Part shown: positions 38,729 through 49,107 of the stretch, in pieces | Position numbering within the stretch: the first letter of the stretch is position 1 | Layout: each line of letters opens with the position of its first letter | Assembly (NCBI RefSeq): GCF_039944555.1 | Contig: NZ_JBDUYN010000009.1 | Span: 128,404-192,403 of the forward strand | Direction: 5' to 3' | DNA: 64,000 bases | Source of the DNA: Reichenbachiella sp. | Lineage (GTDB): Bacteria > Bacteroidota > Bacteroidia > Cytophagales > Cyclobacteriaceae | Translations under genes and position numbers: made by a program | Notes under the pieces: generated by a model | The model's database searches: none | Told to the model about the DNA's origin: nothing | What the model saw: only the letters and a program-made list of their open reading frames with translations

Positions 38729-40702
38729 TTATTCAATAATAAACTTTTGGACCCGTGTTTTATCACCAGCAATAATATTTACAAAATAAATACCCGGCGA
38801 TAGTTTATTTATTTTTATGCTTTTATTTACTCTAATTGAACTTTTAGGCACCTTTTGAATTATAGTTTCTATAGTTCTTCCATCCATTCCATTAATAGCA
38901 ATGGTATAAGATGACGATTGAAGGTTAACGATTTCCAGATTAATAAAATCTTTTGCAGGGTTGGGAAATACTACAAAATCCAACTCTCCAAATAGCTCTT
39001 CTTTGTTCATGGCACCAGCATCTTTTTTGTTCATGAAGCGAGCATTTGAATTTGCAGAACAAGGGCCAAGATCTTTCCACCAATGGGCTGCCGTGCCCGG
39101 AGTAACATTGAAGAGATTATCAGCAAGGCACTCATAGTTGTTGCCATTGTAGCTAACCACATCTCCAGTCATATAAACATTTGGATAAGGACCGTAAGCT
39201 GTAGCACATCCGCCTGTATTGCCATTGCAACTTCCTGTAGAATTGTAGGTTGCCTGATTACAAACTATGGTAAAGTTACTTACCTGTTCTCCAGACGGTT
39301 CGTGGGCATCCCATTGACTCCCTACCGTAGTACTTGCCAAATAAGTACCTCCTACACTAGCAGATCCTTGTAAAGAATTATTCTGGTAATACTCTAAAGT
39401 ACAATCTGTATTATTGGTAAATGTAACATTCACTGCATCTCCAGTATTACATCCACCATTGGAACAAGGACCAAGATCCTTCCACCAATGGGCTACCGTG
39501 CCAGGTGTAACATTGAATAGGTTATCAGCAAGACACTCATAGTTATTGCCATTGTAGCTAACCACATCTCCAGTCATGTAAACATTTGGATAAGGGCCGT
39601 AAGCTGGAGCACATCCACCTGTATCTCCAATACAGTTACCTGTAGAGGTGTATGTGGTCAAATCACAAACAATATGAAAGTGACTTTTTTGTTCGCCTGA
39701 AGTTTCAAGGGCATTCCAGTGACTGTCTACCGTAGTATTTGCTATATATGTGCTACCTGCAACAGCAGATCCCTGCAAGGAACCTCCCTGATAATATTCT
39801 AAGATACAATCGGTATTATTTTGAAAAGTAACGCTTACCGGATCGCCGGCAGCGCATGTGCTTCCGTTGCACGCTCCTTCAGAGGCATAGATGGATTGCC
39901 CACAAGCAATTGTAAAGCTATCTACTTGCTCTCCCGAAGTTTCACGGGCTTCCCACAGACTCCCTACCGTGGTATTAGCAACATAAGAGCTTCCTGAATT
40001 GGCAGATCCCTGCAAACTATTATTTTGAAAATACTCCAGGGTACAATTCGTATTGTTGGTAAAAGTAACGTTTGCCGGATCACCAGTAGTACACCCAACA
40101 CCGCCAGAGACCAATACATCGCTTACCGAATAAAATGCCTCATGGCTATCGTTATAATCTCTTTGCCATACACTTACTATTGCTGCTCTTTTACCATCAT
40201 AAGAATCAGGAATAAATGACTGAATCGTGGTGAATGGTGCTGCAGGCCCTTTGCCCACACTGCCAATCTCTATGAGCTCATTCCATAGCAATGGTTTTGT
40301 GGGGTCCCAATTTAATGGAGTGATATACACTTTGTAATATTCCGTTTTGTGAGGAGCAGTATTCTGCCAGAGTACATCAATGTATCCATGGTTAACAGTT
40401 GTTGTTGACCAAGCAGTTGTTAGCGCATCCAAACAGGTAAAATCTATCGCGCTACCGTTACCTCCACTGGCGATTTGACCACCTGGAACGAAAGCCTGAT
40501 GATTTCCAAACTGGGTATCAGGCTGTAATACCCCCATCCAATTATAGATGGCCTCACCGCAAGAACCGCAGCCAGCGTCAGATGGGTTGGTATAACAATT
40601 ATAAATCCTACTTGCAGGGTAAATAACAGTACCATGCGAGAATACGGATTGAGCCGTACTCAATAGAAATAAAAATCCGAGAAGTTTAAAAGTTTTTTTC
40701 AT
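38729..40702 (-). CDS. AA10 lytic polysaccharide monooxygenase with 3 unknown repeats, 2 CBM5/12-like modules and T9SS C-terminal domain
   Basis: Signal peptide ending SVFS then H1-GTVIYPASR (His codon 40634-40636); second His in NTAPH; EAFYSVSDV; YMTGDVVSYNGNNYEC..WWKDLG twice; FPNPA...GIYFV...QKFIIE. Confidence 0.9.
   Translation of the reverse strand: MKKTFKLLGFLFLLSTAQSVFSHGTVIYPASRIYNCYTNPSDAGCGSCGEAIYNWMGVLQPDTQFGNHQAFVPGGQIASGGNGSAIDFTCLDALTTAWSTTTVNHGYIDVLWQNTAPHKTEYYKVYITPLNWDPTKPLLWNELIEIGSVGKGPAAPFTTIQSFIPDSYDGKRAAIVSVWQRDYNDSHEAFYSVSDVLVSGGVGCTTGDPANVTFTNNTNCTLEYFQNNSLQGSANSGSSYVANTTVGSLWEARETSGEQVDSFTIACGQSIYASEGACNGSTCAAGDPVSVTFQNNTDCILEYYQGGSLQGSAVAGSTYIANTTVDSHWNALETSGEQKSHFHIVCDLTTYTSTGNCIGDTGGCAPAYGPYPNVYMTGDVVSYNGNNYECLADNLFNVTPGTVAHWWKDLGPCSNGGCNTGDAVNVTFTNNTDCTLEYYQNNSLQGSASVGGTYLASTTVGSQWDAHEPSGEQVSNFTIVCNQATYNSTGSCNGNTGGCATAYGPYPNVYMTGDVVSYNGNNYECLADNLFNVTPGTAAHWWKDLGPCSANSNARFMNKKDAGAMNKEELFGELDFVVFPNPAKDFINLEIVNLQSSSYTIAINGMDGRTIETIIQKVPKSSIRVNKSIKINKLSPGIYFVNIIAGDKTRVQKFIIE
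39057..39624. repeat. Two ~163 bp direct repeats (CBM5/12-like module) 405 bp apart inside the LPMO
   Basis: 39057-39219 and 39462-39624 are nearly identical at nucleotide level. Confidence 0.9.
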
Positions 40703-41528
40703 GATGTTAAAAATTTCAGTTAGAATGGTTTAGTTAAAGGTTTTTATAAGTGGAATGCTTTGCCTTAAAAAATTGGCAAACGCAGAAATTGATAGTAATA
40801 AGGAAAAGATTATGGAATGCCCGTACTTAGGCGGGAGCTCCGAGGACAAAGGCCGTCCCTTGAGTCGTAAACTTAATAGCATGGTTAGGTATAGGTTTGG
40901 TTTAGAGTTGATGACCCATCCGGCTATCAGAGCTCAATTCCGTAATTTGTTTTTTCTTGTACAGCCTTAAAAATAAAATCGACCAACGGTGAGGTTTGGT
41001 ATCTAAAAAACATTAAAGAGTCGCTATATTAATATTCTCATTCAGTTCTGTCATGACGAAGGAACGATGGAAGGTAACCGTACCTTCCAAGCTGGACCTT
41101 ATTGCCTTTATTGGACGAATTAGAGATGTCTTACTGTCTGAGTTTATAACCTTAAGTATATGAAAAAGAGGTATTGGAACTATCTCAATAGGATTTGCCG
41201 CTCATGCTGTGATCTCTGCAGTGGTTAGATGTATCAATCCTAAACCTATGGAAATCATTGCTGATTCGTCTTGTTCGGGCAAGAATATGCTGAGAATTGA
41301 GCTTACTTTAAGAATTGTCAAAAATGCAGACGCAAAGCGGGTCAGCTTGACTCTGAAGCCGCCTTGTTGAAAACCCCAATTTCTCATTTTAGTCATTGTT
41401 CAAGTCTGAACAGATTTTGTTCAGACTTGAACAATAGAAGTGTGACTAGAAGGCCTTTGCTTCATTTTTTGGACGTTTTTTCATTTGGCAAACTATTTGT
41501 TCTACAGAATTTGAATAAATAGATAATT

Positions 41529-41858
41529 GTGAGAAAAACATACATTGGAGAGCTAGAAGAAGTTGTTCTACTTACAGTCGCCATACTACAGGAAGGGGCA
41601 TATGGAGTGGCCATTACTCAATACATAGACACGCAGTTAGAACGTAAACTTAGCATCAGTGCGGTACATGCTACTTTGCATCGCCTTTCGGAAAAAGGAT
41701 ATGTCAATTCCAGTATGGGAGGTGCAACTTCCGAACGTGGCGGAAGAAGAAAAAGGTATTTCAAAGTAACTACGGCGGGAAGCCGTGTACTGAATGAAAT
41801 CCAGGACGCCAGAAGTCTGCTCTGGAGTCAGGTTCCACCAAACATTTTGGCAACATGA
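41529..41858 (+). CDS. PadR family transcriptional regulator
   Basis: IGELEEVVLL, AYGVAI, AVHATLHRLSEKG, RGGRRKRYF.VT.AG; GTG start. Confidence 0.92.
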   Translation: MRKTYIGELEEVVLLTVAILQEGAYGVAITQYIDTQLERKLSISAVHATLHRLSEKGYVNSSMGGATSERGGRRKRYFKVTTAGSRVLNEIQDARSLLWSQVPPNILAT

Positions 41859-44440
41859 AGCGATCATCCCTTCCCCCAAAATGGATAAACTCCTTACTCA
41901 CCAAAGTTTGTAAACCCGAACTTCTCGAGGAGATCGAGGGAGACCTTTTGGAATATTATCAGCTATGGGTCGAAAAATATGGGTCGAAAAAGGCAAACAG
42001 GCTTTATGTATTCCATGCTATAAAGTTCTTGCGGCCTTTTGCAATCAAAAAATCAAAGTCACACAGCTCAAATTCACTAACTATGTTAAGACATTCACTT
42101 CTTTTATCATTTAGAAATTTCAAACGTTACAAGAGTTCCTTTTTGATTAACCTGATTGGACTTTCCTGTGGGCTGGCCTGTACTTTATTCATTTATCTAT
42201 GGGTGAATGATGAACTAAGTGTTGACAAATTTCATGAGCATGAAGGACAACTGTATAAGGTCATTGAACATGTGAAATTCGATGGTTCTGGTGTTACGAC
42301 CTGGAAAGAAACTTCTGGCCCAATGGCTAAAGCGTTGAGAGAAGAAATGCCTGAGGTTGAATTTGCTGTCGCCGTTATTCCTGGTTCCTGGTTTGGAAAG
42401 ACTTCACTTTCTGTTGGAGAACATGACATTAAGGCGAATGCCTATTATGTTGAGAAGGATTTTTTCAATATTTTCTCCTATGAACTGATATCAGGGAATA
42501 AGGACCAGGTACTATCCGATATAAATTCAATCGTCCTGTCTGAAAAATTGGCTCTGACCCTGTTCAACACTACTGAGAATGTTATTGGTAAAACAGTGGA
42601 GTTTGAACAAGAACGGCAATTTCAAGTTTCTGGCATTTTTGAAAACATTCCTTCCAATTCAACGGCTCAATTCGATTTTGTCTTGTCCTTTGAATTGTTA
42701 AAGGATAAACCTTTGGGCGTAGATAGTTGGGGCAATTTAGGACCTCAGGTTTACGCGGTGTTAAAAAAAGGAACTCTTATTGACAATCTAAATAAGAAAG
42801 TAGGCATGATTATTAAAAACATGTATAAAGAGTCTACGCGAACCCCAAGCTTAATACCCTATTCTCAGGATTATCTTCGCGGTACCTATGAATATGGAAT
42901 TCAGATCGGGGGTAGAATCGAATATGTGAGATTATTCTCTATTGTTGCCCTGTTCATTTTGTCTATAGCTTGTATAAATTTTATGAATCTGTCTACGGCC
43001 AGGGCTTCCCGAAGAGTAAAAGAAATCGGAGTAAAGAAAGCCATGGGGGCCAATCGTATGGCGTTCGTTTTTCAATTTCTCACCGAGTCGATTTTTATAA
43101 CCGGCTTAGCCTTGGTAGTTGCTCTTTTGTTAGTCATTCTTTTACTTCCACAGTTCAATGAGGTTATAGGAAAGCAATTGGCGCTGGAATTAAATGCAAA
43201 CCTTGTTTTTAGAGCTTTCGCAATCGTTTTGTGTACAGGACTCATGGCCGGGAGCTATCCTGCACTTTACCTATCCAGTTTTAATATCATCAATGCATTG
43301 AAAGGAAAGCTAAGTAGTTCTATTGGGGAGCTCTGGACTCGGAAAGGATTAGTTATCATTCAATTTACACTTTCTATCATATTGATTCTATCCGTGTTGG
43401 TAGTTTATAAGCAGATTGGGTTTGTGCAAAATCGAAATCTTGGTTACGACAAGGACAACATTGTGCATTTTAAGGTAGAAGGAACAATCAAAAAACAGTT
43501 GGAATCTTTTGTATTTGAATTGAAAAAGATACCAGGTATAGTCAATGCTTCGAGTACTACCCATGATATGGTAGGCCATAACTGGTCGGTTGGTATAGAT
43601 TGGGAAGGAAGGGATTCAGACAAGCCGATCTCATTTCAAGTTGTTGGAGTAGACTATGACTTGATAGAAACCCTGGAAATGGAAATAACCACAGGACATA
43701 GTTTTAGTAAAGACTTTGGGTCTGATAGCAAAGGCATTATTTTTAATGAAACAGCTATAAAAGCTATGGGTCTTTCCGATCCCATTGGTAAGACCATAAG
43801 GTTTATGGGGGAGAAAAAAATCATCGGAACAGTTAAGGACTTTCACTTTAAATCACTGCACGAAACTGTTGAGCCATTGTTTTTAGTTATGATGCCTGAA
43901 GCAGTTAAAAAAGTAATGGTTAGGATTGAGGCTGGAAGGGAGCGTGAAGCCATTGAAAAAATACGGGCTTTCTATGAAAACTTTAATCCGGGATTTCCCT
44001 TTGAGTATCAATTTTTAAATGAAGATTATGCGACACTGTATGCCTCGGAACAGCGTGTTGCGACATTATCCAAATATTTTGCTGCTATAGCCATTATGAT
44101 TTCTTGTCTGGGATTATTCGGTCTTGCTGCCTTTAGTGCCGAAAGAAGGATGAAAGAAATTGGCGTTCGAAAAACATTGGGTTCAAGTGTATTTGGCATA
44201 GTAAGGCTACTGTCTGAAGATTTTACTAAAATGGTGATCTTTTCAATTACCATTGCTTTGCCGATCAGTTATCTAGTGGCCAAAGAATGGTTGGACAGTT
44301 TTGCCTATCGCATCGCCCTGGAATGGTGGTATTTTGCTTTTGCAGGTTTGTCCGCACTTCTTATTGCCTGGCTGACTGTAGGTTTCCAAACCTATAATGC
44401 TGCCAGAATCAATCCAGTGAAGTGTTTAAGAGATGAATAA
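41855..44440 (+). CDS. MacB/FtsX-like ABC transporter permease with N-terminal prefix domain
   Basis: LLEEIEGDLLE prefix; LACINFMNLSTARA..R.KEIGVKKAMGA; ERRMKEIGVRKTLG; NPVKCLRDE. ATGA overlap with PadR. Confidence 0.93.
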   Translation: MKRSSLPPKWINSLLTKVCKPELLEEIEGDLLEYYQLWVEKYGSKKANRLYVFHAIKFLRPFAIKKSKSHSSNSLTMLRHSLLLSFRNFKRYKSSFLINLIGLSCGLACTLFIYLWVNDELSVDKFHEHEGQLYKVIEHVKFDGSGVTTWKETSGPMAKALREEMPEVEFAVAVIPGSWFGKTSLSVGEHDIKANAYYVEKDFFNIFSYELISGNKDQVLSDINSIVLSEKLALTLFNTTENVIGKTVEFEQERQFQVSGIFENIPSNSTAQFDFVLSFELLKDKPLGVDSWGNLGPQVYAVLKKGTLIDNLNKKVGMIIKNMYKESTRTPSLIPYSQDYLRGTYEYGIQIGGRIEYVRLFSIVALFILSIACINFMNLSTARASRRVKEIGVKKAMGANRMAFVFQFLTESIFITGLALVVALLLVILLLPQFNEVIGKQLALELNANLVFRAFAIVLCTGLMAGSYPALYLSSFNIINALKGKLSSSIGELWTRKGLVIIQFTLSIILILSVLVVYKQIGFVQNRNLGYDKDNIVHFKVEGTIKKQLESFVFELKKIPGIVNASSTTHDMVGHNWSVGIDWEGRDSDKPISFQVVGVDYDLIETLEMEITTGHSFSKDFGSDSKGIIFNETAIKAMGLSDPIGKTIRFMGEKKIIGTVKDFHFKSLHETVEPLFLVMMPEAVKKVMVRIEAGREREAIEKIRAFYENFNPGFPFEYQFLNEDYATLYASEQRVATLSKYFAAIAIMISCLGLFGLAAFSAERRMKEIGVRKTLGSSVFGIVRLLSEDFTKMVIFSITIALPISYLVAKEWLDSFAYRIALEWWYFAFAGLSALLIAWLTVGFQTYNAARINPVKCLRDE

Positions 44441-44990
44441 AATTCAAAACTATATTGATCTTCCAAATGGCTAAACCTATTCCACATGACACGTATGCGA
44501 GGCCAATAATAACTCCTTAATGAACGCATAAATTGTTTTTAAGGACTCCCCTTTCTAAGCGGACAAAGAACTGACAAAAGCATGTCGATTCTCATCATTT
44601 TCTCATTTTAGATAGGAAAAAAACAGGAAACCCTCCCCACTTTTAAAAAAGTGGAAAGGAATGAGAAAAACAACCGTGGCTTAGCCGTAAATTCTGATGA
44701 CGAAATAGTTCGATACGCTTTTGTGCAATATATAACCCACTGAATAGAGTAACCCAGCGAACCTTTTAGAAGTAAATTGAAAGTGAGAAACTGACATGTT
44801 ATTACATTTCTGGCGCCTGAAGAGTACCATAATAAATTACCTTTCGCAGTCAAACTAAATTTCAGCCCTGATAGTTCTATCAATTATTCATACTTTACAA
44901 TACAAAAGACACAGTTAGACGGTTTTCTATCTTATGCTCATAATTTGATAATCATTATAGTCCTTAATTGTAATTCAATAAATCAGCAGA

Positions 44991-47705
44991 ATGTCCAATA
45001 TGATCTTAACTTTTGTTATCAAATCTTTCAAATCAATGAAATCAACCCTATCCACTCTGATTATAACCATAGTTTTATCACATACTACTTTCGGGCAAAC
45101 CTTGGATGAGTTAAGCGAAAAGGTCATGGAATCTTATTCCAAAGGAGACTATGAAAATGCTTTGTATTATGGCGAAAAGAGTGTAGCGCAAGTGGAAAAA
45201 GAATTTGGAAAAGAACACGAAGATTACCCTATAGCTGTCCGTAATTTGGCTCTATTTAATAGGTTATTGGGTCACTATGCAGACGCCGAATCTCTTTATC
45301 AGGAAAGTATTCAAATAATAAAAGAAAGACTAGGCGAAAACCACCTGAATTACGCTGTCTCCGTTAATGGCTTAGCCATATTATACCAGGAAATGGGTCG
45401 TTATATTGAGGCAGAAACTTTGTATAAAAAGAGTAGTGAAATACGAATAAAACTATTAGGAAAAAATCACCTTGGCTATGCGAAATCGCTTAATAGTTTG
45501 GCTACGTTATATCTCAAAATGAAACGATATAAAGAGTCAGAGGGGTTGCATCTGAAAAGCATAGAAATAAAAAAAAACATATTAAGTGAAGATGACCTCA
45601 GCTATGCTTTCTCCATTATTAATTTAGGGTACTTGTATCAATTAATGGGGCATTACGAGAAAGCCGAGAAAATGCTCAAACAAGGTTTAGAAATACGAAA
45701 GAAGAGCCTGGGCACAAATCATAATTTGTATGCGGTTTCTCAAAACAATTTAGCCCTACTTTATAGAGAAACGGGGCGATATACTGAGGCAGAGGTTTTA
45801 TACAAAGAGAGTATTAAAATATTTAAGGATCAATTGGGTAAAAAACATTCAAGGCATACCACAGCTCAGGTTAATTTGGTGATGTTGTATCAAGGCATTG
45901 GAGATTTGTCTAAAGCGGAACCTTTGTTTCTGGAAGCCATTGACAATAGACTGAACCAAATGGATTTGAATTTCCCATCGATGAGTGAGAAAGAAAAAAG
46001 ACAATTTTGGAAAACTATAACCAATGATTTTCAACTTTTCAATTCTTTTGTGGCAGAAACAATTGAGAATGAGCACGTAAAGAATCTAACAGGTCAGATG
46101 TACAACAACCAGTTGGCCATAAAAGGAATTCTACTCAATGAAATTTCCAAAATAAAAAAGGCAGTTACGCACAGTGAAGATACTGCTCTGATCAACTTGT
46201 ATAATGAATGGAAAACTAAAAGAGACAACTTAAGTAGAGCGTATTCATTATCCATAAAACAAAGGGAACAACAAAACATTAATATTCCAGAAATCCAGCA
46301 ATCAATCAATAACCTGGAAAAGAAATTATCTTTAAAATCAAAGGCTTTTGCAAACGCGAATAAACGCTTTACCTGGAAGGAAGTCCAACGACAGCTTAAA
46401 CCCAAAGAAGCAGCAATTGAAATCGTACGATTCAGGTGGTATAATAAAAATTGGACGGACACTGTTTATTATGCTGCTTTGATTGTTACTCCTGAAATCG
46501 CGGATCAACCAGAAATGGTCTTACTAGAAAATGGAAATGAACTGGAAAATAATTGTTTAAACTACTACAGAAACTCGCTCAAGAAATTATCTGTGGATGA
46601 ACAATCATACATTCATTATTGGCAACCTATTCAAGATAAACTTGAAGGAATAAAGAAAGTCTATTTTTCTGCAGATGGTGTTTACAATCTTATCAATTTA
46701 AATACACTTTTGAAGCCCCAACTGAATACTTATGTGCTTGACGAAATAGACATACAATTAGTCACAACTACCAAGGATATTGTTGAATTCGCATCGTCCC
46801 CATCTGCTGTCCCAAAGAGTAGCTTAACTGCTCACTTATTTGGAAATCCTTCTTACAACCTCGCATACGACCAGTACCAACAAGTGATGGATGTTAATAA
46901 AAACACCTCTAGAACACGCGGCATTGAAAGCTTTGATGAAACATTACCCCTTGGAGAATTTATCCCTCTGGCTAGAACTGAACAAGAAATTAATAATATT
47001 CATCAACTACTAAGAACTAATGATTGGAAAACGACAACCTACCTGGGAACTGAGGCCCTGGAGGAGCGTGTGAAAGAATTGAATAGCCCAACGTTGTTGC
47101 ATATAGCCACTCATGGTTATTTCAAATCAGTGGAGAATAAAAATGGAGTAGAAATTAAGGGAAATTCGGACGAGTCTTCAATGCTAAACTCAGGATTGAT
47201 ATTAGCAGGGGTTACCAATTATTATGAGTCTGAGGAAAAACCTCTAATAGAAGATGGAATTCTTACCGCTTATGAGAGCACAACATTGAATTTGGATAGT
47301 ACAGAACTGGTTGTGCTTTCCGCTTGCGACACGGGCTTAGGTGAGTTAAGTCACGGAGAAGGAGTTTATGGACTTCAGAGAGGACTAAAGGTAGCAGGAG
47401 CCAATAGTGTAATGATGAGTTTGTGGAAAGTAAATGATGAGATCACTCAAGAATTGATGACCCAATTTTATAAAGAATGGCTAAAAAATGGAGATAAACT
47501 CAAAGCTTTTAGAGTAGCCCAACAAAAAATTAAAAACAAACATCCACATCCGTATTACTGGGGAGTTTTTGTACTTGTCGGGGATAATACGCTTATTGAG
47601 ACAGAAGCTAGAATAAACGGTGTTATCTTTTCATTGGCTGGGTCCTTTATCGTGATATTAGTGGGGTTTGCAGTACAAAAGTTTCGAAACAATCAATTCA
47701 GCTAG
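44991..47705 (+). CDS. TPR-CHAT (caspase-like) protease with signal peptide and C-terminal membrane anchor
   Basis: About 7 TPRs; catalytic dyad motifs LHIATHGYF (His 47112-47114) and VVLSACDTG (Cys 47325-47327); SLWKVND, PYYWGVF; likely start at the third Met (MKSTLSTLIIT..FGQ); hydrophobic C-terminal helix. Confidence 0.92.
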   Translation: MSNMILTFVIKSFKSMKSTLSTLIITIVLSHTTFGQTLDELSEKVMESYSKGDYENALYYGEKSVAQVEKEFGKEHEDYPIAVRNLALFNRLLGHYADAESLYQESIQIIKERLGENHLNYAVSVNGLAILYQEMGRYIEAETLYKKSSEIRIKLLGKNHLGYAKSLNSLATLYLKMKRYKESEGLHLKSIEIKKNILSEDDLSYAFSIINLGYLYQLMGHYEKAEKMLKQGLEIRKKSLGTNHNLYAVSQNNLALLYRETGRYTEAEVLYKESIKIFKDQLGKKHSRHTTAQVNLVMLYQGIGDLSKAEPLFLEAIDNRLNQMDLNFPSMSEKEKRQFWKTITNDFQLFNSFVAETIENEHVKNLTGQMYNNQLAIKGILLNEISKIKKAVTHSEDTALINLYNEWKTKRDNLSRAYSLSIKQREQQNINIPEIQQSINNLEKKLSLKSKAFANANKRFTWKEVQRQLKPKEAAIEIVRFRWYNKNWTDTVYYAALIVTPEIADQPEMVLLENGNELENNCLNYYRNSLKKLSVDEQSYIHYWQPIQDKLEGIKKVYFSADGVYNLINLNTLLKPQLNTYVLDEIDIQLVTTTKDIVEFASSPSAVPKSSLTAHLFGNPSYNLAYDQYQQVMDVNKNTSRTRGIESFDETLPLGEFIPLARTEQEINNIHQLLRTNDWKTTTYLGTEALEERVKELNSPTLLHIATHGYFKSVENKNGVEIKGNSDESSMLNSGLILAGVTNYYESEEKPLIEDGILTAYESTTLNLDSTELVVLSACDTGLGELSHGEGVYGLQRGLKVAGANSVMMSLWKVNDEITQELMTQFYKEWLKNGDKLKAFRVAQQKIKNKHPHPYYWGVFVLVGDNTLIETEARINGVIFSLAGSFIVILVGFAVQKFRNNQFS

Positions 47706-47854
47706 TTTTTGATAAGCCGCTGCAATGCTGGATTTGAAAACATGTAACCCAATTATGCTTAAAAGATCATTTAGCCCCAACCCCATCAACGATAGCTCAA
47801 TTCAATTTTACAAAAGCGAATGGGGTAGTACAAATGATGGCAGCGACTAGGGAA

Positions 47855-48544
47855 TTAGTTAGCTATTTCATCAAGCAATTGCGATGCCTCTTGATACTTA
47901 TACTCGCCAATTTCAATTTCCCTTAATATCTGAACTGCTTGCTCGTTACTATTCATTTTTAGATAGCAAAGAGAAAGATACCATTGCGCGTAGGGCTTCT
48001 GATCTGTTTGAAGCAACTCTTTAAAAATGCTTTCTGATTTTTCCTGTCTATTGGCGGCTAAATAGGATATCCCGAGATAAATTTTTTCTTTGTTGTTTAG
48101 CAAATTCATATTTTCAAATTCGGTAAACGCTTTTTCATATTCAGCATTACTGTAATGGAACATTGCCATTGATCCGTCAGATGCTGATCTGTGTGATATG
48201 AAGTTTGTGTAAGGCTCAAAGTATTGATCAAATAGGCTTTTACCTGGAGTAAGTAGATATACCGTACTTATTATAATCGTAATAGATGCGGCTATTCCAG
48301 CCCATCTCCATGATGATAATTTTATTATTTTGGTCGCCTTATTTTTTTTATCAAAAATGGCACTCATTTCGTTTTTAATAGCAACTACTTTCAAAGCATT
48401 AACACTCTCTTTATAGAGGTCAAACTGACTTTGGAGTTCTGGCTCCGTAGCTAACATTTTTTCAAATTCCATTTGACTCTCCTCGGAAATATCATTGTTG
48501 ATATATCCATCAAATTTTTCGATGAGTTCCTGATTAATTTTCAT
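47855..48544 (-). CDS. Putative anti-sigma factor with TM helix and periplasmic TPR-like domain
   Basis: N-terminal LIEKFDGYINNDIS.E....FEKML...PEL; TM WAGIAASITIIISTVYLL; AQWYLSLCYLK; ATGA overlap with the ECF gene. Confidence 0.75.
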   Translation of the reverse strand: MKINQELIEKFDGYINNDISEESQMEFEKMLATEPELQSQFDLYKESVNALKVVAIKNEMSAIFDKKNKATKIIKLSSWRWAGIAASITIIISTVYLLTPGKSLFDQYFEPYTNFISHRSASDGSMAMFHYSNAEYEKAFTEFENMNLLNNKEKIYLGISYLAANRQEKSESIFKELLQTDQKPYAQWYLSLCYLKMNSNEQAVQILREIEIGEYKYQEASQLLDEIAN

Positions 48545-49107
48545 TCTACGAAATCTTTAATGGCCAATTTTTTTTTGCTTATTAGTTGCATTAAATGTTT
48601 CATGCATCTCAACTTCTTGTTTTTAGTTGCTTGAATACTCCCAAGCCCAAAGAGTCTTTGTATTTCCTCCATACTTTTGGATTCAAAATAAAATGCCTTT
48701 AAAACTCTTTGACAATCCGGATTTAATTCGTTGATGATTTTCTCCAATCTTTGTAAACTGACATATTCATTTTTTACATCCTCTACTTCTACTTCGCCTA
48801 AGATATCGACTTCAGTAATCTTACTATTCTTTCTGATTTTCATCAGCCATAGGTTCTTGCATATGGAGTAGGTATAAGTATTTAAAGAAGCCTCCTTCTT
48901 AAATTTATTTTGTAATACATTCTGAAACACAATGGCTATTCCATCTTGAAAAACATCTTGTGCGTCTTCCTCCGAGCCGGAATTATTTAGCACAAAGCTT
49001 TTTATAGATTTAAAACAGGTATCATAAAGATATTCTAAAGCCTTATTTCTCTTCTTATAGTCATTTGAGCGGATTTTACTTAACAGTGTCTCATCAGGTA
49101 TTGGCAA
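48541..49107 (-). CDS. ECF RNA polymerase sigma factor
   Basis: EDAQDVFQDG..., TYTYSICKNLW, region 4 LNPDCQRVL..FYFESKSMEEI; TTG start. Confidence 0.88.
   Translation of the reverse strand: MPIPDETLLSKIRSNDYKKRNKALEYLYDTCFKSIKSFVLNNSGSEEDAQDVFQDGIAIVFQNVLQNKFKKEASLNTYTYSICKNLWLMKIRKNSKITEVDILGEVEVEDVKNEYVSLQRLEKIINELNPDCQRVLKAFYFESKSMEEIQRLFGLGSIQATKNKKLRCMKHLMQLISKKKLAIKDFVE

Noticed and set aside
40800-40930. Possible c-di-GMP or other riboswitch (GGCAAAC and GGACAAAG-like words)
   Set aside because: The conserved stems and spacing do not fit on either strand by eye.
40755-41396. Small ORFs 40755-40970 (+) and 41202-41396 (-)
   Set aside because: No motifs or convincing starts. The second is hydrophobic and might be a membrane-protein remnant, but I cannot support that.
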